A stretch of 64,000 nucleotides of DNA from Cenococcum geophilum (lineage: Eukaryota). Shown piece by piece: positions 40,162 through 52,295 of the stretch. The position numbers and the translations under genes are program-made. The number at the start of each line of letters is the position of its first letter. Within the stretch, counting starts at the first letter, position 1. Location: positions 22,072,001 to 22,136,000 of the forward strand of contig CP158635.1 of NCBI GenBank assembly GCA_050273025.1. The letters run 5' to 3'. Under the pieces are notes generated by a model. It did no database searches. It saw only the letters and a program-made list of their open reading frames with translations, and was not told the DNA's origin.

Positions 40162-41240
40162 TAGTAGATATTAACACACGTCCAGAATATTAAGGGTAGC
40201 TTTAGTAAGCTACGCAACCCGCTATATACTCTATATAAGAAGTATAGCTACAAATATTGCGTTTGCAAGAAGGACTCTAGGCCTTATTTTAGGGGTATAT
40301 ACTTAAGATATTATATAGGTAGTAGGTCGTGCGGAAAGGTATATACTAATAGTATACTATTATTCTGTTAGCTAATACGCGTATAGGAAAGTTTATTAAA
40401 TCTAGAGCCGGTTACACCTTAGGGTAAAAAACATGCGAAGTTAGCTTCTGCCGATAGTCCAGCTAAAACGCCTACTAAGAAGGTATAATATCTACGTTTT
40501 AATAATACGGATATTGCTAATATCCGCATAGCTTCGTTCTCGCACTATCCCCGCCCGCGCCACTACGCCTCCCCCCCCCACTAAGACCTCCCCTCCTATT
40601 AAGACCCCCACTTATAGTAGTACACGCGGCCGTAGAGGCACCTACTCTACCGCTGCTCCTCTAACCTATTTACTAATTACTAGCACGCCGGGTGCTGCTA
40701 TTGCTGCTACTACTTCCGCTAGTACGGAATCTGTTAGGGTGTATTTAGTAATTGCTATTTTTACGTGTATTAATATAGTTCGTAAACGGGTAACTAATAT
40801 AGTGAAAGATGTTTAAGCTATAGATTGCCGGTTTAATAAGTTTAAAGATTCTCTAAGTAAGATAAAGGATAAGCTTGCGTTCCTAAGATGTGGTATTATT
40901 GCACTTATACGCAATACTGGGCTACTAGATATTAAATGAGTAGATATAAGTTAGCTATTACTGCGGGTTGGCTATTGTTGCGGGTTTATAATAATAAAAT
41001 AGTAGCTCTTACCTTTATGCTACTATATATATAGGAATTAAGTCTCTACCTTACACTTAACAGATATACTTAATTAATATTATAATATCTGTATAAGCTA
41101 AGGTAAAGATATCCATATAAGCTAAGATAAAGAGATTTATATATCCGCACCATAAAATAGCTAACTGCTACGTTATATACTACGTATTAAGAAGATTATA
41201 CGCTAGCTAGAGTTAACATTAATAAAAAGAACTCGCTTAA

Positions 41241-44200
41241 TGTCACGGAGCGCGGGTAATGGCTACAAAGCGTATGTATTCGGGGAGTCTACAAGACGTT
41301 ACGCGATCGATCGTAAGGGTCGAGGGCGTAAGGAGGTGATATACCTACGCGTAGCTGACGTAAGCTGTACGCGAGGTGTACGCAAGAGTACGGGGCTTCT
41401 CCTATGGAGGCCCCTACGGTGGGGTTCCGTAACACTACCCCCCCTCTTATAGAGGCGGAGCTCCGGCGACGCTGTGGTTACTATATATATATAGAAGGGA
41501 CATTTAAGGTATAGAGAAGGAAAAGTAAAGGGGGTATCGCTGAGGGCTTAAAACAACGTCATGTGATAAGGCTTGGCACCTAAGAATCCGACCAATTAGA
41601 CAACTTTAACCGCCGGTTGAAGTTCCTGGACATCTCATTAATATTCTGGTCACGTGATCGCATTTTGCTATTACGTGATGGCAATCTGCGGCAATCTGAC
41701 GGCAATTTGCCCTTACGTGGCAATATATAACGGTTTAACTCTATAAGGGCTCCTATAGAGTATTAGGTACAAAATCTCTACTTAGGCCCGGTTTCTATGG
41801 GTTCGCGTAGTAAAAGTCGCTAATTAGGTCCTTTGCATTTTCAAAGTCTTCCTATAGTTGCCATTCTGGCTAATCTATGTCGAATCCTATATAGACAGCT
41901 CTGTAGTAGAGCCGCCGTCCTCTGCCTTTACTAAAGTATTTAGAGTTAATGATTCGTTTAACGGTCCACTCCTTATGGTTCTTGTCTTCGTTCTCATCTC
42001 GGATTAGTACTAGTAGGGGTTTAGGCTATATCTGTCCCGGTAAGGGGTTAGGCTAGTAAAGGTGTAGTAGCTATGGGTGAAATATAGGCTATATCCCACG
42101 GGTAGCTAGGGCAGGTAGGAGCTCTAGTTTGTATATAGCTCCCCTGTTAATAACTCGTTTAATCGGATAGGGGCCGAGGTTCTTATAATTAAGTGACTTT
42201 ATAGGCCTCTGCGTAGAGATATTATGTGCATCTAGCTATACCTAGTTGCCGACACGCATCTCCGGTGGTGGTGTTCTGTGGCGGTCGGCGAAGTAAGCTT
42301 GTTTCGCTTAGGCCTAGGCCATCTCTCCTTTACAGTAGTCGAGTAGGTCTTTTATACGGTCTGTATATTAATCGGTAAGTAGCATCTTAAGGCATTTTCC
42401 ATATAGCAGTTTCTTATTAATAGGCTCTGGTGGCTCTATACCGGATCGTGGGTAATATTCTTTATTCGCGAAGAACGGGGTAAGTCCTATAGTGGCTGAG
42501 ACGTAGTTATTTACTGCGAATTCACCTAGCGGAAGGTGGTCTACCTAGTCGTCCTAACTATAGGCGACTACCTATCGTAAGTATGCCTTTATACTAGCGT
42601 TAGCGTTTTCCGGTTATCCTATAGTTTTATAGTAAAAAAATATAGACATCTTAACGGAGATACTAAGGCGTTAGCAGATCCGCCTCTATACGTCAGAGTT
42701 AAATTACGTGCCTTAGTTAGACGTAATAGAGTTGGGTAACCTATATAGTTAGTAGACTTCGCGGAGGAAGGCGTTAGCAACGTCACTTACGGCTACGCCT
42801 TCGGTTAGGACGTAGTGGCGTTCTTTTATAAGTTGGCATATTATTATAAGGATGTTCTTATAGGTTCGGCCATGTCGTTTATAAGGCGGTAGGTTGACAA
42901 CGAAATCTATAGCGATATCTGCCCATCGTCATATAGGTACTAGTAGAGGGTGTAGTAGTCCTTAGTATTTTATATAAAATACTTTAGCACATTTATAGCC
43001 GTAGCAGGCGCTTACAAAGCGTTTAACTAAGTCTATTATTTTAGGCCAGAAGTAGTATCGGCTAAGAAGCTTATAGGTTCCTTCTTTGCCTAAATGGCCG
43101 CTTAATCGGAGGTCGTAGGCCATTTGGATTAGTTGCCGTTGTAGGTCTTTTAAGTTGGGGATAAATAGACGGCCTCTATAATAGAGCCTGTTCTCTTTTA
43201 CTTCTAAGGCTACCATATTAATCTAGCCTAAGCTTTAGAGGTTAGTAGGCAGTATATAGGTGCCGGCAATCTTTACGGCAATTAGTTAATGTAGTAATAG
43301 GTTAACAGGGGTGTTATATGCTGCGGTAATAAGTTCGTCAATTTTAGGGGGTAACTTTAGTTCTGTGGTATAAAGCTAAGGGGCGGTTGGTTCTGTCTTG
43401 GGTAGTATGCCTAGGGCTAAGTTTCGTGCTTTTAGGATTGTTTGTCGTTGGAATTAATTATAAGGGTTATCTTCTAACTAAGGAAGGTCTTGCGAACGGC
43501 GTATTAGGCTATTAGGCTTAGTACCTTATACTCCTAGCCTATATGCGATTTTAAAGTTAAAACCAGAGAGGAACTCGTTCCAACGTGCTTGGCGTTAGTT
43601 TAGTTATTTTATAGTTATAAAGTACTTAAGGTTGCGATAATCCGTAAGGACCTTAGTTGGCTAGTCAGGTTCTGCTAAGGAGAGTTCCAGTCAGAATTCC
43701 TTAAACGCTTATATAATTATAAGGAGTTCCTTATTATAGATCTTATAGTTACATTCTTATAGTATAAGCTTAGACGAGTAGAATATGACTAGGTGGAGGA
43801 GACCGTTAACGCCTATCTAGGAGAGGACGCCCGCGTTAACGTGGTCTAAGGAGTTAGTCTTAAGATAAAGTTATCGTCCTGGTATAAAGTAAGCTAGAAT
43901 AGGTGCTTTAGTAAACGCATCTTTTAAGTCTTAGAACGCCTTTTCGTATTTAGGCGTCCAGATAAAACGTAGATATATTTTTCTTCCTTTTACAGAAAGG
44001 CCCTTTATTCGCATTATTGCTATAAGTGGTGCTACAATACCTAAGAAGTTGTATATAAATTTCTAATAGAAGTTAGCGAAACTAAGAAAGGCTTATACGT
44101 CCTTAATGCAGGTAGGGGTTTACTATCCGGTAATTATATATACTTTTTCGGGGTCTATACGGACACCCTTAGTAGTAATAATTAGTTTAAGGTATTTTAC

Positions 44201-47200
44201 TTCTATAACTAAGAATTCGCACTTCTTTAAATTAATATAAAGTCCTGCGTCTCTAAGGCGCTGTAGGACCTTTTAAACGTGCTCAGTATGCTTAGAAGGG
44301 TCGTCGCTATAAATAAGTATATTGTCTAGGTACGCGGAGCAGAAGTCGTTAAGGTAGTCCCGTAAGGCATTATTAATATAGCTTTAGAAGCTGCCTAGGC
44401 CGTTACATACACTAAAAGGCATAATGGTGTATTTGAATTGGCCGAAGCGCGATATAAATGCGGTTTTCCATTCGTCACCTTCCCGTATTTAGAGGCGGTT
44501 AAAGGCGGCAATAATATTAAGTTTAGTATAGATTTTGGCTTAGCTAAGCCGTTTAAGGGTCTCGCGTATAAGTGGTATAGGGTATTAGTTCTTAATCGTA
44601 ATAGCGTTAAGTCCTCTATAGTTAACGTAGAATCAAATACCTCCTTCTAGCTTTTTAGTAAGGAGGATAGGGGCGGCTGCTAGGGACATGCTAGGACGAA
44701 TGAACCCTTTATTAAGGTGCTCGTTAATATACTTTTTAACAACTAAGAGTTTATCTTTTAATATTAGGTAGGGTCTCTTATAGGGCGGCGTTTTTCCTTA
44801 TTTAATATTAATGGCATAATTGTTAGGTTAATATAGGGGGAGTATATCTACGCTCTTTTATAAGCATATGTTAATAAAGTCATGGTATCTCTTGGGGAGG
44901 AGCTTATAGAGTTCCTCGTTAGTAAGTCCTTTTTTAAGCTTTATAAACTTCTTAAAGTCTAAGGGTAAAAGTCCGTAGAGTTCTACGGGGGCATTATTTT
45001 CTAGAAGGTTAACTATATCTATCCTATTACTATAGAGGACATAGTCCTAATCTTTATTAAGCTTATATAGTCGTAATTGGGAGGCTACGGCAACGGTTCA
45101 GCCTTTTCTACGTGCTATGCGGTAGAAGGCCGCGGCGCTTATATGGTGGCAGTTAGTTATAGGTGGGGTAATAAGGGTTTCCTTAGGTTAATGTCCTGGG
45201 GAGTAGATAAAGGCGGCTAAGCCGTGCCCTAGGCAAGTCTCTCTACAGTATTTAGAGTTAAAGGTTACTTCTCTCTTTTACTAGTTAATAGTGGGGTTGT
45301 GTTATTTAAGCTAGTTTATTCTAAGGATAATAGGGTAGTTTATAAGTAGTGTAATATAGGCCCAGAGCTCCTCCTAGTGTCCGTTTATATTTAGGTAGAG
45401 TTGTGCTATATAGGTAATCTTTTGTGTAGTATAACTACCGTTAGTAAGTTATAGGGCGCGGGCTTTAGCGAGGGGTAAGGTAGGTAGGTTATAAGTACGC
45501 ACAAATTAGGTATCTATAAATTTATTAGTAGCTCCGCAGTTAATTATAGAATGGGTTTTATATTGTTTCTTAGCGGTAGTTCCCTCTATAGGTAAGACTA
45601 TTTACTTCCGTCCTTTTATTCTTACTAAGCTATCTATTAAGCAAGCCGATATATAGATCCCTCTATTATCAAAGTGTCCTAACCTGCGACTTAGGGCTAG
45701 GACTTTGCGTTTTCCGCTTCTGCGTCTAATTCTACTACCGTTACTACATCTTCGTCTTATGCGGTAGCGGCGCGTAGCGACGTATTTGGTGTCTGGGGCA
45801 TAGGGTTAGGTATTTAACGGCGGCTGCTAAACCTAGCTATTAGGCAGTTTGGGCTATAGCTATAACAGCCTTCTTAACGGCATCTATAGCAACGCCTTAG
45901 CTTCCGGAGTAGCTCGCGCTCTCCATCTAGTAGCTTCTTTGGGAAGGCTAGTATAGAGAGGTCGATATTAGGACTAGTGGTATTGCTTAGGGTAGTGGGC
46001 GTTAGTGGTTTGGTAGGTCCGGAGGGCTTCTATAGGGAGGTCTTTGGGTGGGAGTTTGCAGTAGTAATCTGGTTCAGCCGTTGTTCAATCTTCCGTAGGG
46101 CTGCTACCATATCATAAACGTCGTTATAGTTATGGCTGGCGGCTGCGTAACTAAGGCGATAAGTAACTTTTTTAAGGAGATCTTCTTAGTCTTTAGCGTC
46201 GTCTTAGGCGAGGACTCTAGTATATTCCTAGAATTTAACATAGAACTCGTTAAATAATTTAGTAGGACTTATCTTTAGGGCGCGTAGTTTAGCTTAACTA
46301 GTGGCCACTAGGTTATAGTCGCGGTATATTTAGTTAAGGTTATTAAGAACTTCCTAGTGGGACTACCACTTCTAGGGACTACTAGTCTCCCATTAAGCGA
46401 AAAGCCTATTAAACGGGATGCCCTTCGTTCGTCCGATAATATAGCCAATCTTAGTATCTTCTATGGGGAAAAGACAGGCGCTCTAGGTTAGTTTCTCGCG
46501 GGTTTATATCTTCTAGTGGCTATATTCCTTGCGGTTACCCTTAAAGATTAGGGGATCGGGGTAGCGTATATTAGACCCTATGGTAGTAGTTTAGGTTTAA
46601 TTGTTGTGGCTTTTATTATCGCCGCTGCTATAGTAGGGGTTCCCGTTAGGTAAAGCTGCTTAGCGCTAACCTTCCGTTAAGTGTTAAGTAGGTAAGGTTG
46701 CCAGGGGCGTAGAGACTTAGGTGGCGTTATATGCAGTAGAGAGGTGTCTAGTATTATTACAAATGTGCTCGTTAAGCTGAGATTATAGGTATTTAATTAT
46801 ACCCTCTCTTTCGGTAACCGTAGTAATAAGTATAATCTCGGCCTTCTTTAATCGTTAGACATCATATTTAGACGCGCGGAGGTTGTCTTTAATCTCTTAG
46901 CGTGTGTTATCAGCGAGCGCCTTACGAGCTTGTAGGTCTTAGATAATATTATAATCTTAGGCAGTACGCATCTTAGCTTGTGTAAGCTTTAGATAGTAGT
47001 TCTATAGAAGGCGGTAGTATTTATTGGGTTCTTATGCTACCATTTTTACAAATATCTCGGCGTCTCGTATCTCGATCTTAATAGGTAGTAGCCCTTCGGC
47101 TTATTTATCCGTGGTTGTGTAGTTAATAAAGGATAAGACATTATTAATATCCCCCTTATGGTCGTCGTAGTCTTTTAAGCCACTAGGCTTCCCTTTAGGG

Positions 47201-47644
47201 GTTAAGGCTAGGGCTAACGAATCAAATCCTCCTGGGACTGATTGGTGTTGTGGTTTCGATATAGGTATTGGGTTGTTCTTTAAGTTTAACATAGTGGCTA
47301 GTAAGGAATTTCGTTTTACTATCATTGATTCTTTAGGAGTACGAAGTGAGGTAACTTGTGGACACGCTGCTTCTAGCAGCGTCTGCGGTATTGTGGAGAC
47401 GTAGAATTGGTCGTAGGCTGAGCGTTAGTGAAGAAAAAGGCGTAACGTAATGTTATGGAGCGCGGGCAATGGCTATAAAGCGTATGTATTCGGGGAGTCT
47501 ACAAGACGTTGCGCGATCGATCGTAAGGGTCGAGGGCGTAAGGAGGTGATATACCTACGCGTAGCTGACGTAAGCTGTACGCGAGGTGTACGCGAGAGCA
47601 CGGGGCTTCTCCTATGGAGGCCCCTACGGTGGGGTTCCGTGACA
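41241..47644 (-). mobile_element. Full-length Ty3/Gypsy chromovirus, family C (6404 bp)
   Basis: 194-bp LTRs at 41241-41434 and 47451-47644; TSD CTTAA; polypurine tract next to 41435; RT SAYLD(D)IL about 44320-44340; integrase peptide in ORF 42962-43216; chromodomain about 41790-41975. Confidence 0.95.
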
Positions 47645-47659
47645 CTTAATATATTAAAA

Positions 47660-50365
47660 TAAAAACGTACTATAAGCCTAAGCATTTAAAAGTCCTCTGG
47701 CATATTATCTGTAGTCTTATTAGATCCGTCCTTATAGGGGTTATATAGTAAACCGCTAATATAAGATATCCGTATATTAAAATTAGCAATGCCGCCCTAT
47801 AAGAGCCGCTCTAATTTAAGTTAAAGAATAGCAGGTGCCTTAAACCTAACGTCCCGTATATGCTAACGCATAATTAAATCCTTAGTAATTATATCTGTAA
47901 GGGACTAGATATTAACTATAGGAGACTTAATTATATAATTGGATATTATCCGCTTACTAAACGTATCCTTAAACTTAGTATAAAGAGGTCTAGTATAGCT
48001 TATGGTAAGAATACTTTACCTAAATAGAGAGTCTACTTTAAAGGTCGAGTTTCCGCGTGATTAGAGTAACTTCTTTAGCTAAAGATTTAGTAGTTTATTA
48101 AGTTGATTAGCTTTAAAAAAGCTATTTAGCTCTCCGCGATTATTAATTAGCCTATTTATAAGTATGGCCTACTAAAGTACTAGATTACACGCCTTTATTA
48201 TAACTAACCTCTAGAGGTATATTATTTTAAATGCGTAGTTATTACTCCTTAATCCGGTAAAGTAAAGGTAAAGGCGGGCAATTATACGCTTTAAAGGGCC
48301 GATATCCGCATGCTTAATAGCATATTTTAATACTTTATATATTTTAACTACTTATAGATACCAAATATAATTAAAGAACTCTACGTTAATAATCTAAGCG
48401 GGCTAGCTCGTAGTAGCAGAGTTAGAAACTATAAGTAATTAATCTATAATCTAAGAACCTCCGCGGGTAGAGGGCTGCAGAGGAACCAATTTATTAGCCT
48501 CGCGGCCGACTTTAGAGCTAAAACCCGCTACGCGGATATCCTTAATATGCTGTAGAAACTACTTAGGCGTTAAGGATCTAATGTATCTTTTAACCGTACC
48601 TTCTTTGTAGATGTTAAGCCTATCGCAGATATGTGTTAAGAAGAGTGCAATAATATAGGTATTAAAACTATATAGTACTAGCTCCTTAAGATAGTAAAAG
48701 AAAGGGTGCTCTATAGGAATATTTCGTCGCCTAAAGTAATTTATATAAGTGTAGAGCGTGGAGTACTACTGCGCATATTACTTACTACTAAATAAAGTCC
48801 TTATAATTATATATAGGAAGTTTAACTAGAGGTACTAAAGACCTAGAATAGGTAGTACCTAACAGTAGCTATTATATAAGAGCGCAGCCTCCGCCCGCTC
48901 CCGCTTATAGGTATAGATAAGCTTTACAGTTTTCTGGTTACCGTATGCCAGATATAATTAGTCCTAGAAATTACTATCGCGATTAAGCTGTAGTTGCTTT
49001 AGGAAGATTGTCTTAAGTATATGGTAGTTACTATTTATAGAAGCCTCACTCTCTATAATAGGACTTAGGTTTATATAGGTTGTCTTTATAGATAGCAGAA
49101 TATTAATCTCCGGCATACGCATATATTTAAGCTTAGTGTTAGATTTAAAAATACTATTTATTGCGGCTGGGTATATGCTTTAAAAAGCATCTATAATTAC
49201 AAAAATAGATATTTGATGTTAAATGCTATTATATATATTACCTGGCGCCTTAGCAATATCCTTAATCTAAAGCTGCATATAGTTATATAGTATACTTTAA
49301 AGAAGGCTACTAGGGGGAATATAAGATCCGCGGATAAGCTTTTTAGTAGTATAGGAATAGAAAACACCAGTATCTCTAATTAATTAATATTACGTTTACT
49401 TAAGGTAGTTAAAATTATTGTATATAATATAGATATTATTAAAAGCGGATATTAATCGGAGGTAAGTCTTTAATAACGTTAGCGCTAGTATATCCATCGC
49501 TGGTATTATAACCTTCCTTAGAGCGTTTAACTAATCCCATCTTTTAGCAGTTAAGCGTTTTATATCCGTTAATAAGCCCTAGTCTATAAAGCAGCAATAG
49601 AACCTAACGCTTTATACCTATACCTTAAAGATAAAGACTAAGAAGCTGAGTAAAATAGTTAGTAGAGCTTTAAGCGCGGCCTAACGAAAGGATAGACATA
49701 AGAAGAATAACCCGCCCTAGGTGCGGATTTCGCAATTTATTAGTTCTTAATTATGCCAATAATTCTTCTATTAGTTAGTAGAGTAGAGGGGCATATTAGC
49801 TAATTACTTTATAGCCCTATAAGAGTTAAATATCTTTAAACTTTAGATCTAACTTTTATAGGCTAAAGATTATAAAGCTCTTTATAAAGGATATTTATAA
49901 CCACATTAATTAGTTCTAAATAGATATCCGCAGTTTTAATAATCGCATTATGGATTTCTTTGTCCCCTAGAAGGGTAGCAATAAGCTCCTTTACCTTCTT
50001 CTTTTTTACCTTCTTATTTCCCTGCGTATCGTCTTTTTTTACGGCACTAAGCTGTAGCCATGCTAAGGAAAGGTTACTAAAGGACTATTGCTAGTCCCGT
50101 AAATAATCTTAACTTTCACTTCCTTTATTACCTAGCGCAATATCTGCTTAGCAGATACTCTAGTTAGTATTTAAATAGGCGTCTACCGGTTAACTAATAT
50201 TGTGTTTATAGTAGGAGTAGGCAATTTAATTATTAATATATTACCCGTTCGGCGGCGCTTTCTGCTTAACATCGCGGGGGCTAATGGGGTAGAGATATTT
50301 ATCAATTATAGAGCTAGTTCTGCGGATCAATTTAACGGTATTTCTGAGATAATAGCTGCTATAGG
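47660..50365 (-). pseudogene. DUF6589 / Academ-like transposase
   Basis: De-RIP motifs: Y(D)NFN 49408-49422; YG(D)QKT 48928-48945; (P)GL(WH) about 48832-48846; (HH)L(E)ELVL(H)SF(DAR)I about 48650-48700; NNYAF(E) about 48230; LINNRGE..SFF(E)A(D)QLN(E)LLN about 48085-48150. Ends are approximate. Confidence 0.75.
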
Positions 50366-50533
50366 GGTGTAGATTAATTTTGTTAAAGAAGGTGACTGCT
50401 CTATATATAAAACAAGTCGCGTCGCTTAACTAAGTCCTAGAAAAGTCCCTTAGACTATAGAATTAACTTTTTGATAAAAAAGGTTAGCGATATCCGCTTG
50501 CGGATATACGTATGTCCGCTAATTGATTTTACG

Positions 50534-52295
50534 GTCTGAGCTTGCTGAGGTAACTAGGAGCCTGTCAGGAGGTCGCCCGGAACACCGGACCTCCGGGACC
50601 TCCGGGACCTCCAGGACCATCAGGACCATCAGGACCATCAGGACCATTAGGACAACAATAAAAATTCTAGATTTAAAAATAAGGTATATTAACACTCCAG
50701 TATTTGCAGCTAGTGAAAAAAATATACAATCTAAATAATCCAAATCAATCTTTTCTGCCTACCGCCTGTGTCTGTCATGGAGCTCTACGATCGCTCGAGC
50801 GTCGGGCGATCGACTGAGGAGCCTCTCGCGGAGGCTCCAAATCGTCGATCGGCGGTGTTTACCTGTCTGTGCCTGCCTGTGCCTGTCGTGCCTACCTGTC
50901 TATGCCTACCTGTCTGTATCTGTAATTCGGGGGAGAGGTCGGCCCGATCGAAGGTTCTGCTTGATTCGATTGATTGTATTGATTCGAATCGTTCTCTATG
51001 GGCGTTCGCTGGCTGTACGTTTGAACGGTGGTCGTCTGGGGTGCCTCCTTAGGAGGCCTTGATTCGATTTGATTCGGTAACAGGCTGATATTGAGGCTCT
51101 GGTTCGATTTGATCGATCGATTGAATCGATTGTGGTGTTCGCTGGCTGGTCGTTCGAACGATTATCGTCTGGCTCTGGCGACGGTCGTCTAGCTGAGGCG
51201 ACAGTCGTCAAGCTCGCGACGGTCGTCTAGCTCTGACGACAATCGTCTAGCTCTGGCGACGGTTATCTGGCTCTGACGACGGCCGTCTGGCTCTGATGAC
51301 GGTCGTCTGGTTCTGGCGACGGTCTCTAGTTCTGGCGATGGTCTCTGATTCTGGCGACGGTCCTCTCCTACCTGCCTCCTGCCTGCCTCCTATGTCAGTA
51401 TCCAATTCAATTCGGGGGAGGGGTCGGCCCGATCGAAGGCTCTAATTGATTCAGATCGTTCTCTATGGCCGTTCGCTAGCTGTACATTCGAACGGTGGCC
51501 GTCTAGGGTGCCTCCCTAGGAGGCCTTGATTCGATTCGGTGATGGGCCGATATCGAAGCTCTGGTTTAATTCGATCGATCGATCAATTGAATCGTTCGTG
51601 GTATTCGCTGGCTGGTTGTTTGAAAGGTCGTCGTCTAGTTCTGGTAACGGTCGTCTAGTTTTAGGACGGTCGTCTGGCTCCAGGACGGTCATCTGGTTCT
51701 GGCAACGGTCGTCTGGTTCTAGCGACAGTTGTCTGGTTCTAGCGACGGTCCTCTGCTGGCTGCTGTTCTAGTGCCTCCTAAGGTAGGGAGGATGTAAGGA
51801 GGGGTAAAAAATAAGGTGGCTACAAAGGGGGTAACTTGGCAGAGGCACGTGTAGGCTATCAGGAATGTAGCGGGGACCCGATAGCACTGTGTGTCGCGCC
51901 CGATAGCACTATGTGTCGCGCGCGCGCGCACCTAAGGTGGGGGGGTGTCGCATGAGGGGGGGTGTCGCATTGGGGGTGTTGCTTGAGGGTGTGTGCAAAG
52001 GTGTCGCTTTGGGGGGGTATTAGGAGGGGTGTCGCTTAGGGGTATCCTCCCAGGAACCTGACAGGACGATCAGGAAATACTAGTTTCCTGTCAGGACCCT
52101 GACAGGACCCTGAGAGGACCCTGAGAGGACGATCAGGAAAATCAAAGATCCTGGTAGGAGCCTGTCAGGACAACCAGGACGATCAGGAAAATCAAAATCC
52201 TGCCAGGAGCCTGTCAGGACCTCCAGGATCTCCAGGACAATCAAAACCCTGTCAGGAGACCTCCAGGACCTTAGCACTCCAACAAAATGCTAATA
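50534..52295. repeat. GC-rich right arm of the AcademH-like element: nested tandem repeats and right TIR (52281-52295)
   Basis: 9-bp AGGACCATC/GGACCTCCG repeats 50585-50655; a duplicated unit of about 485 bp (from 50924 and 51409); 20-bp CTGGCTCTGGCGACGGTCGT arrays about 51168-51364 and 51630-51752; GGGGTGTCGC repeats 51935-52045; CCTGACAGG/CCTGTCAGG motifs 52050-52270. Confidence 0.9.

Larger units (their letters stand above)
31310..40939 (+). pseudogene. Cargo gene copy 2 (tandem paralog), interrupted by Gypsy B2 (32145-40161)
   Basis: The unit 31119-32144 plus 40167-41150 is colinear with 29161-31118; Cys pattern at 40225-40332; 18-bp repeats about 31953-32040. Confidence 0.6.
1559..52295. 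mobile_element. AcademH-like DNA transposon (DUF6589-like transposase, RecQ-like helicase, cargo genes), about 12.9 kb net of nested insertions
   Basis: It interrupts host Gypsy A' precisely. Termini are CATTAGCAAAATGTT and AACAAAATGCTAATA. The host dinucleotide is duplicated (TA at 1557-1558 and 52296-52297). Helicase and transposase remnants are convergent. Confidence 0.8.

Noticed and set aside
41583..41660. Hammerhead ribozyme in the shared C/D module
   Set aside because: No CUGANGA and GAAA core in the proper arrangement was found on either strand.
41240..47685. Duplicated 70-aa ORFs at 41240 and 47450/47473
   Set aside because: They are translations of the two LTRs of Gypsy C.
51168..51752. 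20-bp repeat arrays as a CRISPR array
   Set aside because: The repeats are head-to-tail with no unique spacers, there are no cas genes, and the context is eukaryotic and RIP-mutated.
50519..52277. Cluster of 65-94 aa ORFs as real genes
   Set aside because: They are overlapping frames on both strands produced by stop-poor GC-rich tandem repeats.
1559..52295. Starship giant element
   Set aside because: No tyrosine-recombinase captain was recognised at either end, and most of the length is nested retroelements.
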